Origin: Armatimonadota bacterium
GTDB lineage: Bacteria > Armatimonadota > Fimbriimonadia > Fimbriimonadales > GBS-DC
DNA length: 64,000 nucleotides
Assembly (NCBI GenBank): GCA_037444405.1
Contig: JBBIML010000011.1
Span: 32,001-96,000, forward strand
Direction: 5' to 3'
The notes under the pieces are model-generated. The model ran no database searches. It had not been told where the DNA came from and saw nothing but the letters and a program-made list of their open reading frames with translations. The position numbers were made by a program, and so were the translations under genes. The number at the start of each line of letters is the position of its first letter. Position 1 is the first letter of the stretch. Positions 36,252 to 46,015 of the stretch are shown one piece after another.

Positions 36252-38786
36252 TCAGGCGGCATGCTGTTGCTGGGCGGCGGCGGGCAGGCGCAGGATGAAG
36301 CAGGCGCCTGCTGGCGAATCACCTAACAGCAGTGTGCCACCATGCTTTTGCGCAATCTCCAACGAGATCGACAGCCCCAGCCCCGTACCTTTGCCCGGCT
36401 CTTTGGTGGTGAAGAAGGGGTCAAAAATCTGCATACGCAGGTCGGGCGGCACGCCCGGACCGTTATCCTGCACGCAGAGTTCGACCCATTCGCGCCCGCT
36501 TTCCTGCACGCGGCGCGTGCGGATGACCACGCGCCCATCAGGCTGACCCTCCAGCGCGTCGCGCGCGTTGGTCAGTAAGTTAATCACCACCTGCTCCAGC
36601 GAGTTCGGCTCGCCCAGCACGGGCGGAAGGCTGGATTCGTATTCTTCTACCAGTTCAATCCCGCGCTGGTGGAGCTGCTCCCGCAGCAAAATGAGCGCGT
36701 TCTCGGCGACGGTGTTCAGATTCACAGGCTCCCTGTCGACGCGCGGCTTGCGGGCAAAGGTGCGCAGGTGCAGGATAATCTGGCTCATGCGCTGGGTCTG
36801 ACGCTCGATAATGCGCATGTCGTCCAGCAGCTGACGAATCCATGTCCCCTCACCCGTACCCTCTCCTCCGCTGGGGGAGAGGGATTGGAGGCGGCTCAGC
36901 ATCTGAATCGTTTGTTGCGCAACGCCGCGGATAATCGCCAGCGGCTGATTGAGCTCGTGCGCGACGCCCGATGCCAGCGTGCCCAGTGAAGCGAGCTTGG
37001 AGGTCTGCACCAGCTGGGCTTCCGCCTTCACGAGGGCGTCCACCATCTGGTTGAACGAATCAGCCAGCTCCTGCAGTTCGGGCGCGTTGCGCGTGGGCAG
37101 CTGCACGCGCCGGCTCAAATCGCCCCCTGCAATCGTCTGCGTCGCCTCCACCAGCGCCCTCAATGGCATGTTAATCGTGCGGTACAGATAGAGGGAACCC
37201 CACAGCATGAACAGCAGCATGCACATCAGCCCCACCAGCGAGGCGTTGATCATCTGGTCTTTCAGCTGGTTCTGAAGGGTTGCTGTGAGCGCGGTAAACT
37301 GCCGGGAGAGGTCAGACAGATGCGCCAGCTGGGACAGCTCCTGCTGGAGGTGGTGCTGGCTCTGCAGGAGGGAGCGGGTCAGCATCTGATCCATGCCTCG
37401 CTGGGCAGCTTTCTGCTGGGCGTCCAGCATGCGGGTCGCCTCCTGGCGCGTTTGCTGCTCGGCACGCTGGATCGCCTGCTGAAGCTGACGGTGGTGCTGA
37501 ACCATCTGCTGACTGACCTGCCTTGAGGCTTGCTGGCGAATCCGCAGGATGGTGTTGTCCAGCGCCTGCTGCTGTTGCTGGCGCGCTTGCAGAAAGTGGC
37601 TTTGCAGGGCGGTCGCCAGTCGGAACGCCTCATCGGTGGGCTGTACTGCGATCAGGCAGGCGTTCAGGCTGGGAATGGGCGCCAGCGCGACCAGCCAGCC
37701 GTTAATCTCCTGCAGGCGTGGGTTCATCGAGCCGGCATCGGTGATGAGCGGGGCGAACTGGGTCTCCTGTTGCCCGATTCGGCGCGCGTCGGGGTGAGCC
37801 AGGATCAGCCCGTCAGCGGTGCAGAGCATCGCGTAGCCATGCTGACCGATGCGGAAGGTTCGGATAAGCGCGTTCAGGTTGTCCATCGCGACGAGTGCGC
37901 CGACCGCGCCACGCAGCTCCACACCCCGCTCGCGCACGGGCACCAGTACAGGCACCACCGGCTCCGGTCCATCGCCTGTGTCCACCATCACCACCTCGCC
38001 CACCACAGGCTCGCCCCGATGGGTCATCTCCTGCCAGAGCTGGTTCGTTACGGGCTTGAGCCTCTCTTCGGGCGCGGGGAAATCGCTGATGGTGAGCAGC
38101 TTCTCATTGGTGGCGTTGCGCAGGCACAGCAGGCGATAGGACGGCTCGCGGTCCTGCAGGGCGCGCAGAATCCACTCGCTTTCCTGCAGGTCGGCTCGCT
38201 GCAGAGCGGGCTGCTGGGCGATCAGGGTCAGCTGGGTCAGCGCGCTCTGAATGGCGGCGTTGACCTGACGGCTCAGGTTCACTGTCAGGTTCAGGTTGGT
38301 CTGCTCAATCTGCTGGCGAATGGCATCGCGGCTGGTGTCGGCGGCGCTGGTCTCCAGCTGGCGAAGCGCCTGGGATTGCGAGCGGGCAATCCCCTCAGCG
38401 GTGGTGTCCAGCGTTTGCAGCAGCGTGCGCGCGATGCCCGCCTGCAGGCTTTCGGTGCTGGATGCCGTGCGTTGCCCCAGCGTGCCCAGCGCCTTCCCAA
38501 TCAGCTGGCTCTGCTGGCGTGCGAGCTGGCTCTGTTGCAGGCTCAAATCCCGATTGATCTGTTCGCGCACGGTGGTGAAGGTTTCCGTTAGCAGGGTCTG
38601 CGTTGAGCCTTCGATCCAGTGGCGATAGTCCTGCAGAGACGCCTGCGTCTGCTGCTGGAACTGCTTCATGGTGTCGCGTAGCTGGCGGCTCAGATAGAAC
38701 ATCACCAGCGTTGCGCCTATCAGAGCGGGCACAGCAGCCGCCAGCGTGTACAACAGCATCAACCGATGTCGCAAGCCCATCTTCAT
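36252..38786 (-). CDS. sensor histidine kinase (coiled coil/Cache-HAMP-HisKA-HATPase)
   Basis: Two TM helices, HAMP, GVAHELNQPL, NLLTNARDA, DNGPG, FFTTK..GKGTGLGL. Confidence 0.93.
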   Translation of the reverse strand: MKMGLRHRLMLLYTLAAAVPALIGATLVMFYLSRQLRDTMKQFQQQTQASLQDYRHWIEGSTQTLLTETFTTVREQINRDLSLQQSQLARQQSQLIGKALGTLGQRTASSTESLQAGIARTLLQTLDTTAEGIARSQSQALRQLETSAADTSRDAIRQQIEQTNLNLTVNLSRQVNAAIQSALTQLTLIAQQPALQRADLQESEWILRALQDREPSYRLLCLRNATNEKLLTISDFPAPEERLKPVTNQLWQEMTHRGEPVVGEVVMVDTGDGPEPVVPVLVPVRERGVELRGAVGALVAMDNLNALIRTFRIGQHGYAMLCTADGLILAHPDARRIGQQETQFAPLITDAGSMNPRLQEINGWLVALAPIPSLNACLIAVQPTDEAFRLATALQSHFLQARQQQQQALDNTILRIRQQASRQVSQQMVQHHRQLQQAIQRAEQQTRQEATRMLDAQQKAAQRGMDQMLTRSLLQSQHHLQQELSQLAHLSDLSRQFTALTATLQNQLKDQMINASLVGLMCMLLFMLWGSLYLYRTINMPLRALVEATQTIAGGDLSRRVQLPTRNAPELQELADSFNQMVDALVKAEAQLVQTSKLASLGTLASGVAHELNQPLAIIRGVAQQTIQMLSRLQSLSPSGGEGTGEGTWIRQLLDDMRIIERQTQRMSQIILHLRTFARKPRVDREPVNLNTVAENALILLREQLHQRGIELVEEYESSLPPVLGEPNSLEQVVINLLTNARDALEGQPDGRVVIRTRRVQESGREWVELCVQDNGPGVPPDLRMQIFDPFFTTKEPGKGTGLGLSISLEIAQKHGGTLLLGDSPAGACFILRLPAAAQQQHAA

Positions 38787-39775
38787 TGCTCGTACACCCT
38801 ATCTGCCAAATTGAGCAGCGTGCTGGGGATTGTGATGCCCAGCTGGTGGGCGATTTTCAGGTTGTAGGCGGTGCGCAGGCGGCGCGGGGTCAGCAGCGGC
38901 ATCGCGGCGGGGTCTGCCCCATGCAGCAACTGGTCGACCAGCTCGGCGGCGGCAACGCCCTGGTCCGTGAAGTCGACGCCGACCGCAACCAGCGCGCCGC
39001 GCTTCACATAGGTCTCGGCAAAGGCGATCAGGGGCAGTTTGTGCTGGATGGCGAACGCCGCAATCTGTTCGAAAGGCTGCGGTGCCGCGCACACAGGGTC
39101 TGGAATCAGCCAGAGTGCGTCGATTTTGCCCGCGAGGTCGCTCAGGGCGCGGGGGATGTCCTGTGCTGTGCGCGCTTCAAGCGCGATTAACTCCAGCCCA
39201 TGCGGTCGGGTGTCCTCGCGCGCCTGCTCGATCAATCGGCGTGAGGTGGCGTCGTCGGGATTATAGAGGGCGCCGATGCGACGGATGCCAGGCGCGAGGT
39301 CCTGCAGGAGCTGGAACTGGCGCTGGGGGCGGACGGTGAGCGCGACGCCCGCAAAGCGCGTGCCACTGAACTTCGCGCTCTCAATCAGCCCCTCCGCCAC
39401 CGGGTCCAGCACCATCAGAAACACCACAGGCGGCTGGCGTTCGGGCGGCAGCTGGCGATAGTGTTGCTGGAGGGCGCGGGTGGCGTCGGTGCCCACCGCC
39501 ACAATCACCTTCGGCTGACGCCTGAGAATCGCCTCCACCGGGTCTTCACGCGGGCGGGGGTTCAGCGTCAGGGTGAGGTACTCGATATTGACGCCCGCGC
39601 GATAGCCGCGCTGGGTTAGTTCGCCTGTCAGCCCGCTGAGCGCCTGCTCGTAGAGGCTCCCCTCTCCGCTTTGCAGGATGGCAACCAGTGGGCGCTCGGC
39701 GAAGGCAGCCCCTGTGCCGATGCTCCACACCAGCCCCATCCACATCCCTGTCCAGAGCGATTTCCCGATTTGCAT
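38783..39775 (-). CDS. ABC-type substrate-binding protein (ABC_sub_bind-like), no cognate permease nearby
   Basis: Signal peptide, IVAVGT.A, PVVF.MV.DP, IGALYNP, LWLIPD, NLKIA..LGI.IP; start uncertain. Confidence 0.8.
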   Translation of the reverse strand: MQIGKSLWTGMWMGLVWSIGTGAAFAERPLVAILQSGEGSLYEQALSGLTGELTQRGYRAGVNIEYLTLTLNPRPREDPVEAILRRQPKVIVAVGTDATRALQQHYRQLPPERQPPVVFLMVLDPVAEGLIESAKFSGTRFAGVALTVRPQRQFQLLQDLAPGIRRIGALYNPDDATSRRLIEQAREDTRPHGLELIALEARTAQDIPRALSDLAGKIDALWLIPDPVCAAPQPFEQIAAFAIQHKLPLIAFAETYVKRGALVAVGVDFTDQGVAAAELVDQLLHGADPAAMPLLTPRRLRTAYNLKIAHQLGITIPSTLLNLADRVYEQ

Positions 39776-39892
39776 GGCAGATTGAGCAGCCCTCACCCAC
39801 TGCCCCCTCTCCCACAGCGTGGGAGAGGGGGCAACAAGTCCCTCTCCCACGCCTGCGGGGGAGAGGGTATGGGTGAGGGGGCTACCACCACT

Positions 39893-41782
39893 TCACCAGT
39901 CGCGTTGCCAGGTGAACCACAGACTGCGCCGACCGCCAGGCACTCGCCACGCCATCTCCGTGCGCACATTGAACAGGTTATCGATGCGCAGGTTCCAGCG
40001 GTTGCGGGCATCACTGCGATAGGACAGGTTCAGAAAGGTGTTCCATGCATAGGCGTTGGTGCGCCCCATGCCGACGGCGGGATAGGTGAAGGCAATCTGT
40101 GCGCTCAGCCCGCGCGATTGGTACCGCGCCAGCCGAACCACCGCCCGATCACGGGCGGGCTTATAGTCCTCCTGAATATTGCCCCGATAGTTGACGCGCA
40201 TGTAACCCACTGCCAGCTCCGCGAAGTTGAACAGGGAGCCTGCCAGTTCCACGCTCCAGCCGTCGATTCGGATACGCCCCACATTCTGATACTGTCGCAG
40301 ATAGGGGTCGCTGGGGTCTACCAGAAACACCGTGATGGCGTCGCGCACATCCTGTCGGAAGTAAGCCACATCCCATCGCCAGCCTGTGGGCATTATTCGC
40401 TTCCAGCCCAGCTCGTAGCTGACCACCACTTCGGGCTTATTATCGGGCGAGCCGTTGACCCGGAAGGGCACCGCCACCCAGTTCGTGCCGTCGAAGACGG
40501 GCGTCCAGACGAAGAAGTTGCTGACAAAGAGTGCGGCGAAGGAGGGTGCGCGGAACGCCCGCCCGATGGACGCGCGCAGCACATCGTGCCCGCTGGCGTG
40601 ATAGACCAGCCCGGCGCGCGGGCTGAGCTGATTGCCGTAGATGGAGTGGGCATCGAAGCGCAGCCCCAGCATCGGTTGCCAGCGTGCCCTGCGCCATTCG
40701 CCCTGCAGAAAGAGCGCGAAGTTGCTGGCGGAATGGGAGCCGTTCAGCAATCGCCCGCTGGCACGCATCAGGCGGAAATCGCCCCCTGTTAACATCTCCG
40801 CCTGACCCCATGGGAAGCGCCAATAGGTCTCCAGCCCCAGCATCTGCTGGTCGAAGGCGCGTCGCTCGCGCGTGTTCAGCGCGAAGGTGGGCGGCTGCGT
40901 GCGCAGGAAATCGAGTTCGCCCGCCATGCCATAGAAGCGGGCAATCTGCTGGCTCCTGCCCCGCGGCTGGCTCCACTCCGCCTGCCAGTAGTGACTGCGC
41001 GGCTGGAGGCGGTCATATGGTGTTGGGAACAGCCCGTAGCGCATGCCGACGCTGCCTCGATCCATATCAACATAGGCGTAATGGAGGTTCCACCGGCTGG
41101 AGCGCGCGTTGATCATCAGTGAGCGCACGAGGGTGTCGTTGTTGCGCACGCGGTCGCTGCCCGGATCGCGCCAGTAGGACGCCTGCACGCCGTACCGCCA
41201 GCCCGAATCAGCCGGGCTGACCCAGCGCAACGAGGCGTTATAGCCGTTGCGTGCCGTGTAGCCGTTATAAAAGGAGGACTGCCCGGCTTTGCCATGCGCC
41301 GTGATGATGTTCACCACGCCCGCCAGCGCGTTCGGTCCGTACATCGCCGAGCCAGGACCGAACGCCGCCTCGATGCGCTCCACATCGTGCGTGCTGATTG
41401 CCATCGCTGGGAAGTTGCCCAGAATCGGGTCGTTCAGCGGGATGCCGTCCAGCAGAAAGAGCGTGCGCTCGTTGAACTCCGACGAAGTGTACGCCCCGCG
41501 CGTGCTTAAAAAGCGGTGAATCGACGCCTCGTTGCCCTCGAAGTCGGCGACCATGCGCTCCAGCAGCTCCTGCACCGTCTGCGCGCCCGATAGCTCGACC
41601 TCGCGGCGGGTCAGCACGCGCACGGTGGTGAACGATTCGGAAACTTTGTGTTCGGTGCGGGTGGCGGTCCGGACCACCTCCTGCGGATCGGCAAAGAGCC
41701 ATTCGGCGGTCGCCGAAGTACGCTGGGCGTTCAGCCCCGCGCAGAGCGCCATGCCTGCCCAGAAAATCGCTATCTTTCTCAT
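39893..41782 (-). CDS. TonB-dependent receptor
   Basis: Plug motifs RTLFLLDG, IE...GPGSAMYGPNALAGVVNIIT; SPRAGL, RAFRAPS, NLFN; terminal Trp. Confidence 0.88.
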   Translation of the reverse strand: MRKIAIFWAGMALCAGLNAQRTSATAEWLFADPQEVVRTATRTEHKVSESFTTVRVLTRREVELSGAQTVQELLERMVADFEGNEASIHRFLSTRGAYTSSEFNERTLFLLDGIPLNDPILGNFPAMAISTHDVERIEAAFGPGSAMYGPNALAGVVNIITAHGKAGQSSFYNGYTARNGYNASLRWVSPADSGWRYGVQASYWRDPGSDRVRNNDTLVRSLMINARSSRWNLHYAYVDMDRGSVGMRYGLFPTPYDRLQPRSHYWQAEWSQPRGRSQQIARFYGMAGELDFLRTQPPTFALNTRERRAFDQQMLGLETYWRFPWGQAEMLTGGDFRLMRASGRLLNGSHSASNFALFLQGEWRRARWQPMLGLRFDAHSIYGNQLSPRAGLVYHASGHDVLRASIGRAFRAPSFAALFVSNFFVWTPVFDGTNWVAVPFRVNGSPDNKPEVVVSYELGWKRIMPTGWRWDVAYFRQDVRDAITVFLVDPSDPYLRQYQNVGRIRIDGWSVELAGSLFNFAELAVGYMRVNYRGNIQEDYKPARDRAVVRLARYQSRGLSAQIAFTYPAVGMGRTNAYAWNTFLNLSYRSDARNRWNLRIDNLFNVRTEMAWRVPGGRRSLWFTWQRDW

Positions 41783-42144
41783 GCTGCACACCTCACCGTC
41801 CAGATGTTCTGGAGAACCTGCCGCACCTCGCTCAGGTCGAAGGGCTTCACAAGCGTGGCGAAAACCCATTCGGCAGTCCCATCCTCCAGAAAGGCGTCGG
41901 GATAGCTATCCATCACCACGATAGGCAATGTGGGGTAGCGCTGGTGGGCAATCTGCACGAGCGTGACGCCGCTCATCAGGGGCATGTGGGTGTCGGTGAT
42001 CAGCACATCGACCGCTTCACGCTCCAGAATGTCGAGCGCTTCACAGCCGTTGCCCGCAAGCAACACCTGATGCCCCTCATCCTGCAGCACACTGCTCAGT
42101 AGGAACTGCACCATCGGCTCGTCATCCACCACCAGCACTGTCAT
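41779..42144 (-). CDS. single-domain response regulator (receiver only)
   Basis: VLVVDDE, ITDTHMP.MSG, KPF. Confidence 0.88.
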   Translation of the reverse strand: MTVLVVDDEPMVQFLLSSVLQDEGHQVLLAGNGCEALDILEREAVDVLITDTHMPLMSGVTLVQIAHQRYPTLPIVVMDSYPDAFLEDGTAEWVFATLVKPFDLSEVRQVLQNIWTVRCAA

Positions 42145-42210
42145 ATCACCTTCATTTTCGGCACGATTGGGTGCAATCTGCAGAAGACAGAACAGGTATA
42201 ATCGCAGGTG

Positions 42211-42924
42211 ATGAAGGTGTTTCGGCAGTGGACGGCGACGCAGGTGGTTGCGCTGGTGCTGGGTGGGCTGCTGCTGATTTATGGGGCGAACACGGTCTAT
42301 GGCTACTATCAGCTGAGCCATTTGCATCTGAAACCGCTTCAGCCGTCGCGCTTCACCGTTCTGGGTTTCCCATCGCGCGAGATGAGCGAGCGACGCTGGA
42401 AGATTATCATCACGCAGGAAGTGCCCAAAGTGGTGGAAGTGTTGCGCGAGCAGGGGTTTGCGCGCCCTGAATATGGCGCGGAAGAGGGTTCAACACGGCG
42501 GGTGGACATCGAGCAGGTGCTGAAAGCCTGCCCGGTGGTGCTGACCGAAGGGCAGATTGAAGCGGTGTGGGTGGAGAAGCGGGAGGCGGAGACGCTGCGC
42601 GGTCGCCCCGAATATTTTGTGGTGCATCTGCGGCTGACTCCTGAAGGGCGCGCCCGACTTTGGCGCTACGCCCGTGAGCAGGTCGGTCGCCCCCGCGCGC
42701 TGGGCGAGGCGCCCACCGAAGAGCGACTGCTGCTGCTGGTGGACAAGCAGCCCTGGGCAGCGCCCATCATCAGCTCCGAAGTCGCCAGCAGCTGGTGGCT
42801 GCTGAGTCGCGCCGCCGCCCTCCAGCGCTCCGATGTGCAAATCGTGAACATCTTCGACGAGGAAATCGCTAACGAGATTGTGAACGGCTTCAAACGCGCC
42901 CGGCAGGAGGTGAACGCTCGATGA
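42211..42924 (+). CDS. membrane-anchored hypothetical protein (SecDF P1-head-like)
   Basis: One TM; V.LRLTPEG...LLLLVD....API; coupled to mqnD. Confidence 0.5.
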   Translation: MKVFRQWTATQVVALVLGGLLLIYGANTVYGYYQLSHLHLKPLQPSRFTVLGFPSREMSERRWKIIITQEVPKVVEVLREQGFARPEYGAEEGSTRRVDIEQVLKACPVVLTEGQIEAVWVEKREAETLRGRPEYFVVHLRLTPEGRARLWRYAREQVGRPRALGEAPTEERLLLLVDKQPWAAPIISSEVASSWWLLSRAAALQRSDVQIVNIFDEEIANEIVNGFKRARQEVNAR

Positions 42925-43754
42925 CCATTCGGCTGGGACACAGCCCCGACGCCGATGACGCCTTCATGTTCTGGGCGCTCAGCGCAGGACTGGTGGAGAC
43001 ACCCCTGCAGTTCGAACATGTTCTGAAAGACATTCAGACGCTGAACGAGTGGGCGCGAGAGGGGCGACTGGAGTTCACCGCGCTGTCGGTGCACAACCTC
43101 GCCTATGTGGCGGATCGCTATGCGGTGCTGATGGCAGGCGGCAGCTTCGGCGACGGCTACGGACCGATGCTGGTCGCCCGTGAACCCATCCCGCTAAATG
43201 AGCTGGCGCGCTATCCCATCGCGGTGCCGGGGCGGCTCACCAGCGCGTATCTGGCGCTGCGTCTGTTCCTGCCGGAGGCGCAGACCGTCGAGATGCCCTT
43301 CGACGCGATTATGCCCGCCGTGCAGAGCGGCGAGATACCCGTCGGACTGCTCATTCACGAGGGTCAGTTGACCCACCGCCAGCAGGGGCTGATCACGCTG
43401 CTCGATCTGGGCGTGTGGTGGGCGGAGCAGACGGGAGGGCTGCCCCTGCCGCTGGGCGTCAACGCCATCCGCGCCGACCTGCCAGAATGGGTTCAGCAGG
43501 AAATCGCCCGCGCCTTCAAAGCGAGCATTCGGCTGGGGCTGGCGAACCGCGAGCGGGCGCTTGCCTACGCCATGCAGTTCGGGCGCGGGATGGATAGGAC
43601 GACCGCCGAGCGGTTTGTCAGCATGTATGTGAACGAGCTGACGCTGAACATGGGCGAGCGGGGACGACGCGCAATTGAAGAGTTTCTGCGTCGGGGCACA
43701 GAGGCAGGTATCACGCCGCCCGCCACCCTGCGCTTCATAGAGACCCCACTGTAG
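42921..43754 (+). CDS. mqnD: 1,4-dihydroxy-6-naphthoate synthase (futalosine pathway)
   Basis: GHSPDADDAFMF, DIQTLN, GDGYGP, PGRLTSA, LIHEG, PLPLG, MYVNE. Confidence 0.9.
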   Translation: MTIRLGHSPDADDAFMFWALSAGLVETPLQFEHVLKDIQTLNEWAREGRLEFTALSVHNLAYVADRYAVLMAGGSFGDGYGPMLVAREPIPLNELARYPIAVPGRLTSAYLALRLFLPEAQTVEMPFDAIMPAVQSGEIPVGLLIHEGQLTHRQQGLITLLDLGVWWAEQTGGLPLPLGVNAIRADLPEWVQQEIARAFKASIRLGLANRERALAYAMQFGRGMDRTTAERFVSMYVNELTLNMGERGRRAIEEFLRRGTEAGITPPATLRFIETPL

Positions 43755-43814
43755 GATGCATGCCTGGGCGGGACGCCCAAGCCACTGCCACCCTGCGCTT
43801 CATAGAGACCCCAC
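43722..43814 (+). repeat. 28-bp direct repeat of mqnD 3' end flanking a REP-like palindrome
   Basis: GCCACCCTGCGCTTCATAGAGACCCCAC at 43722-49 and 43787-814. Confidence 0.85.
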
Positions 43815-43852
43815 CATAGGAAGAGCGCCCTCCTGCTGCGAATCCATGCTGT

Positions 43853-45148
43853 GTGCGTGGGTGGCTGATCGGGCTGGCACTGATTGCCGCGCTGAATGTG
43901 GGCGCCATTCTCTACTGGCATCGGGATGACGGGCTGTGGAGCCACTTCGAGAATCTTGATGTGCGCACGATTCTGGAGCGGCTGGAACAGCCGCATCAGC
44001 CTCTGCAGTGGTTCGTGGGCGACTGGGTGCTGGGCAACGGCTTCTATCGCCCCCTGCCGAGCCTGCTGTATGAACTTGACTATCGCCTCTGGGGGCGCAA
44101 TCTGCTGGCGTACAAATGGACGAATGGGCTGTTGAGCCTTGCGTGTGCGCTGCTCATGGTGGGCTGGGTGTGGGAGTTGAGCCGTTCGCGCCCGCTCGCG
44201 CTCCTGGCAGGCTTTCTCTTTACTGGCTGGCAGACGGGACTGTTGCCGGCGTTGCCCGAATCGCTGCTGTGGGCATCGGCGATCGTAGCGACGGGGCTTG
44301 CGTGGCGGCTCCAGCGCGATTACCGTAGAGCGCTGATTGTGGGCTGCATGGTGCTGATGCTGGGGCTGGAGCTGAGCTTTATCCCCAAACTGCCCGATCT
44401 GCATCAGGCATCGTTCGCCTATCGCGCAATCGGCTGGATACCGGGGCGCACGGCGACGCTGATGACGCTGTTCGCGCTGATCTCGCTCTGGGCGTATTGC
44501 CGACTCTGCTGGCGTGGGGGCTGGCAGTGGGCGATAGTGAGCCTGCTTGCCTATCTCGCCGCGCTGGGCAGCTATGAGCAGGCGGTCTGTTTGCCGCTGC
44601 TGATGGCGGCATACGGGTTGGCGGTTCGGGCGCAGGGCGGGCGATTCGTCGCATGGTTGCCCGCCGTCGCGCTCATCATTCTGGAACTCTATCTCTGGTT
44701 CTATCTGGCGAATATCCCATCGCAGACCGAGTATCACCAGCAGCGATTGCGCCGTTTTTACGCGCTGGGCGGCTCGCTCGGCTACTGGCTGCTGCCGCCG
44801 CTGCCGGAGGTGGCAAATCAACTGAGCCTGCTCATCGATGCGCCGCTGGCGTTCATCCTGCCTGGCTTCTGGAAGGCGTGGCTGGTGATGGCAGCGTATG
44901 GGGTCGGGTTATGGCAGGTTCGGCGTCAGCCGCTGGCGTGGGTGGGGCTGGTCGGCTCGATGCTGGCTTATTTGCCGCTGGCGCCCGTCATTCCGCTGAT
45001 GCACTACTACTATCTGCCAGCGGTGTTCCGCACGCTGTGGGTGGCAGTGCTACTGGCAACCCTCGTCAGGAGAGTTGCGCCAGATAGTTCCGCTCGGATT
45101 GCCGTCGAAGACACAGCTTGGAGCCAGCGTGCTGCGGAAACTGTTTGA
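43853..45148 (+). CDS. polytopic membrane protein, possibly GT-C glycosyltransferase-like
   Basis: Many TM helices; FYRPL, SYEQA and YYYLP motifs. Confidence 0.55.
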   Translation: MRGWLIGLALIAALNVGAILYWHRDDGLWSHFENLDVRTILERLEQPHQPLQWFVGDWVLGNGFYRPLPSLLYELDYRLWGRNLLAYKWTNGLLSLACALLMVGWVWELSRSRPLALLAGFLFTGWQTGLLPALPESLLWASAIVATGLAWRLQRDYRRALIVGCMVLMLGLELSFIPKLPDLHQASFAYRAIGWIPGRTATLMTLFALISLWAYCRLCWRGGWQWAIVSLLAYLAALGSYEQAVCLPLLMAAYGLAVRAQGGRFVAWLPAVALIILELYLWFYLANIPSQTEYHQQRLRRFYALGGSLGYWLLPPLPEVANQLSLLIDAPLAFILPGFWKAWLVMAAYGVGLWQVRRQPLAWVGLVGSMLAYLPLAPVIPLMHYYYLPAVFRTLWVAVLLATLVRRVAPDSSARIAVEDTAWSQRAAETV

Positions 45149-45369
45149 ATAGGAGCGGAGGCGAGACGAAGGGCACAATCACACAAACAGCAGGAATCGG
45201 CTCATTCGCCCCGAACCAAACCTGCACCTGAAGGGTGCAGCGATGCACCACCCATCCGAGTGCCACAACTGGACGGAAGCCGAATGGCTTCAGCAGCTGC
45301 AGCGGCGCGCCGCCCGACTCACCTGCTGCGCAGACGACGCCGATCTCGCGCACGACTGCCTCTGCGCCT

Positions 45370-45995
45370 TTTGAGGTTGATGGGGGAGTGGATTATGCTG
45401 AGATTGAAGTGTTCTTCCCTCCGAACGATACAAATCACCCTTCAGGTGGCCCAGCTTGATTTATATTGGTGAAAGAGCCGATCCTGTGTACGGTGATTAT
45501 CATGTTCATCTTTACCGCTTGGTTCGAAGAAGAGACCGTGATGGACGCCTTCGTCAACTCATCACCTGGGTTGACCAGCTGGAGACCCGTGGAATACACC
45601 GATTTATTGCTCTTCTTGAGCATGAAAAATCACATCGCAAGTACTATACTCAGCGCATTTCGCGATGTGATTGGAGCAATCAAGAAGATCCAGACCAAGA
45701 CAGCTTACCGAGCTGGTGGGAGCGCATGCATGGGCTGGATCCAAATAATCACAACACAACAAATACACCTGGTTTGGATGATGATCCCGAGGGCGATTCG
45801 GATGCGGTTGCCGAGATAGAGGCGTATGGCGCCCTTCCAAGAGCAAAGGACTACTGGAAACAGGATTGGGCGGAGGGCAGCCTACAGTGGGGAACACCGC
45901 CATCTCCTTTCCCCTGGAGGTATCATTCGACGAACACCAACCAACCGCGCTATACGGATTTACTGAGAAGCGTATCCCGAACAGGAGGACGCTGA
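45370..45995 (+). pseudogene. fragmented C-terminus of a large HExxH metallopeptidase-like protein
   Basis: Two abutting frames (...AEIEVFFPPNDTNHPSGGP, then ...LEHEKSH...DPDQDSLPSWWE..HGLDP); no good start; lower GC. Confidence 0.5.
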
Positions 45996-46015
45996 AGGAA
46001 GAAGGAGGCAAGACG

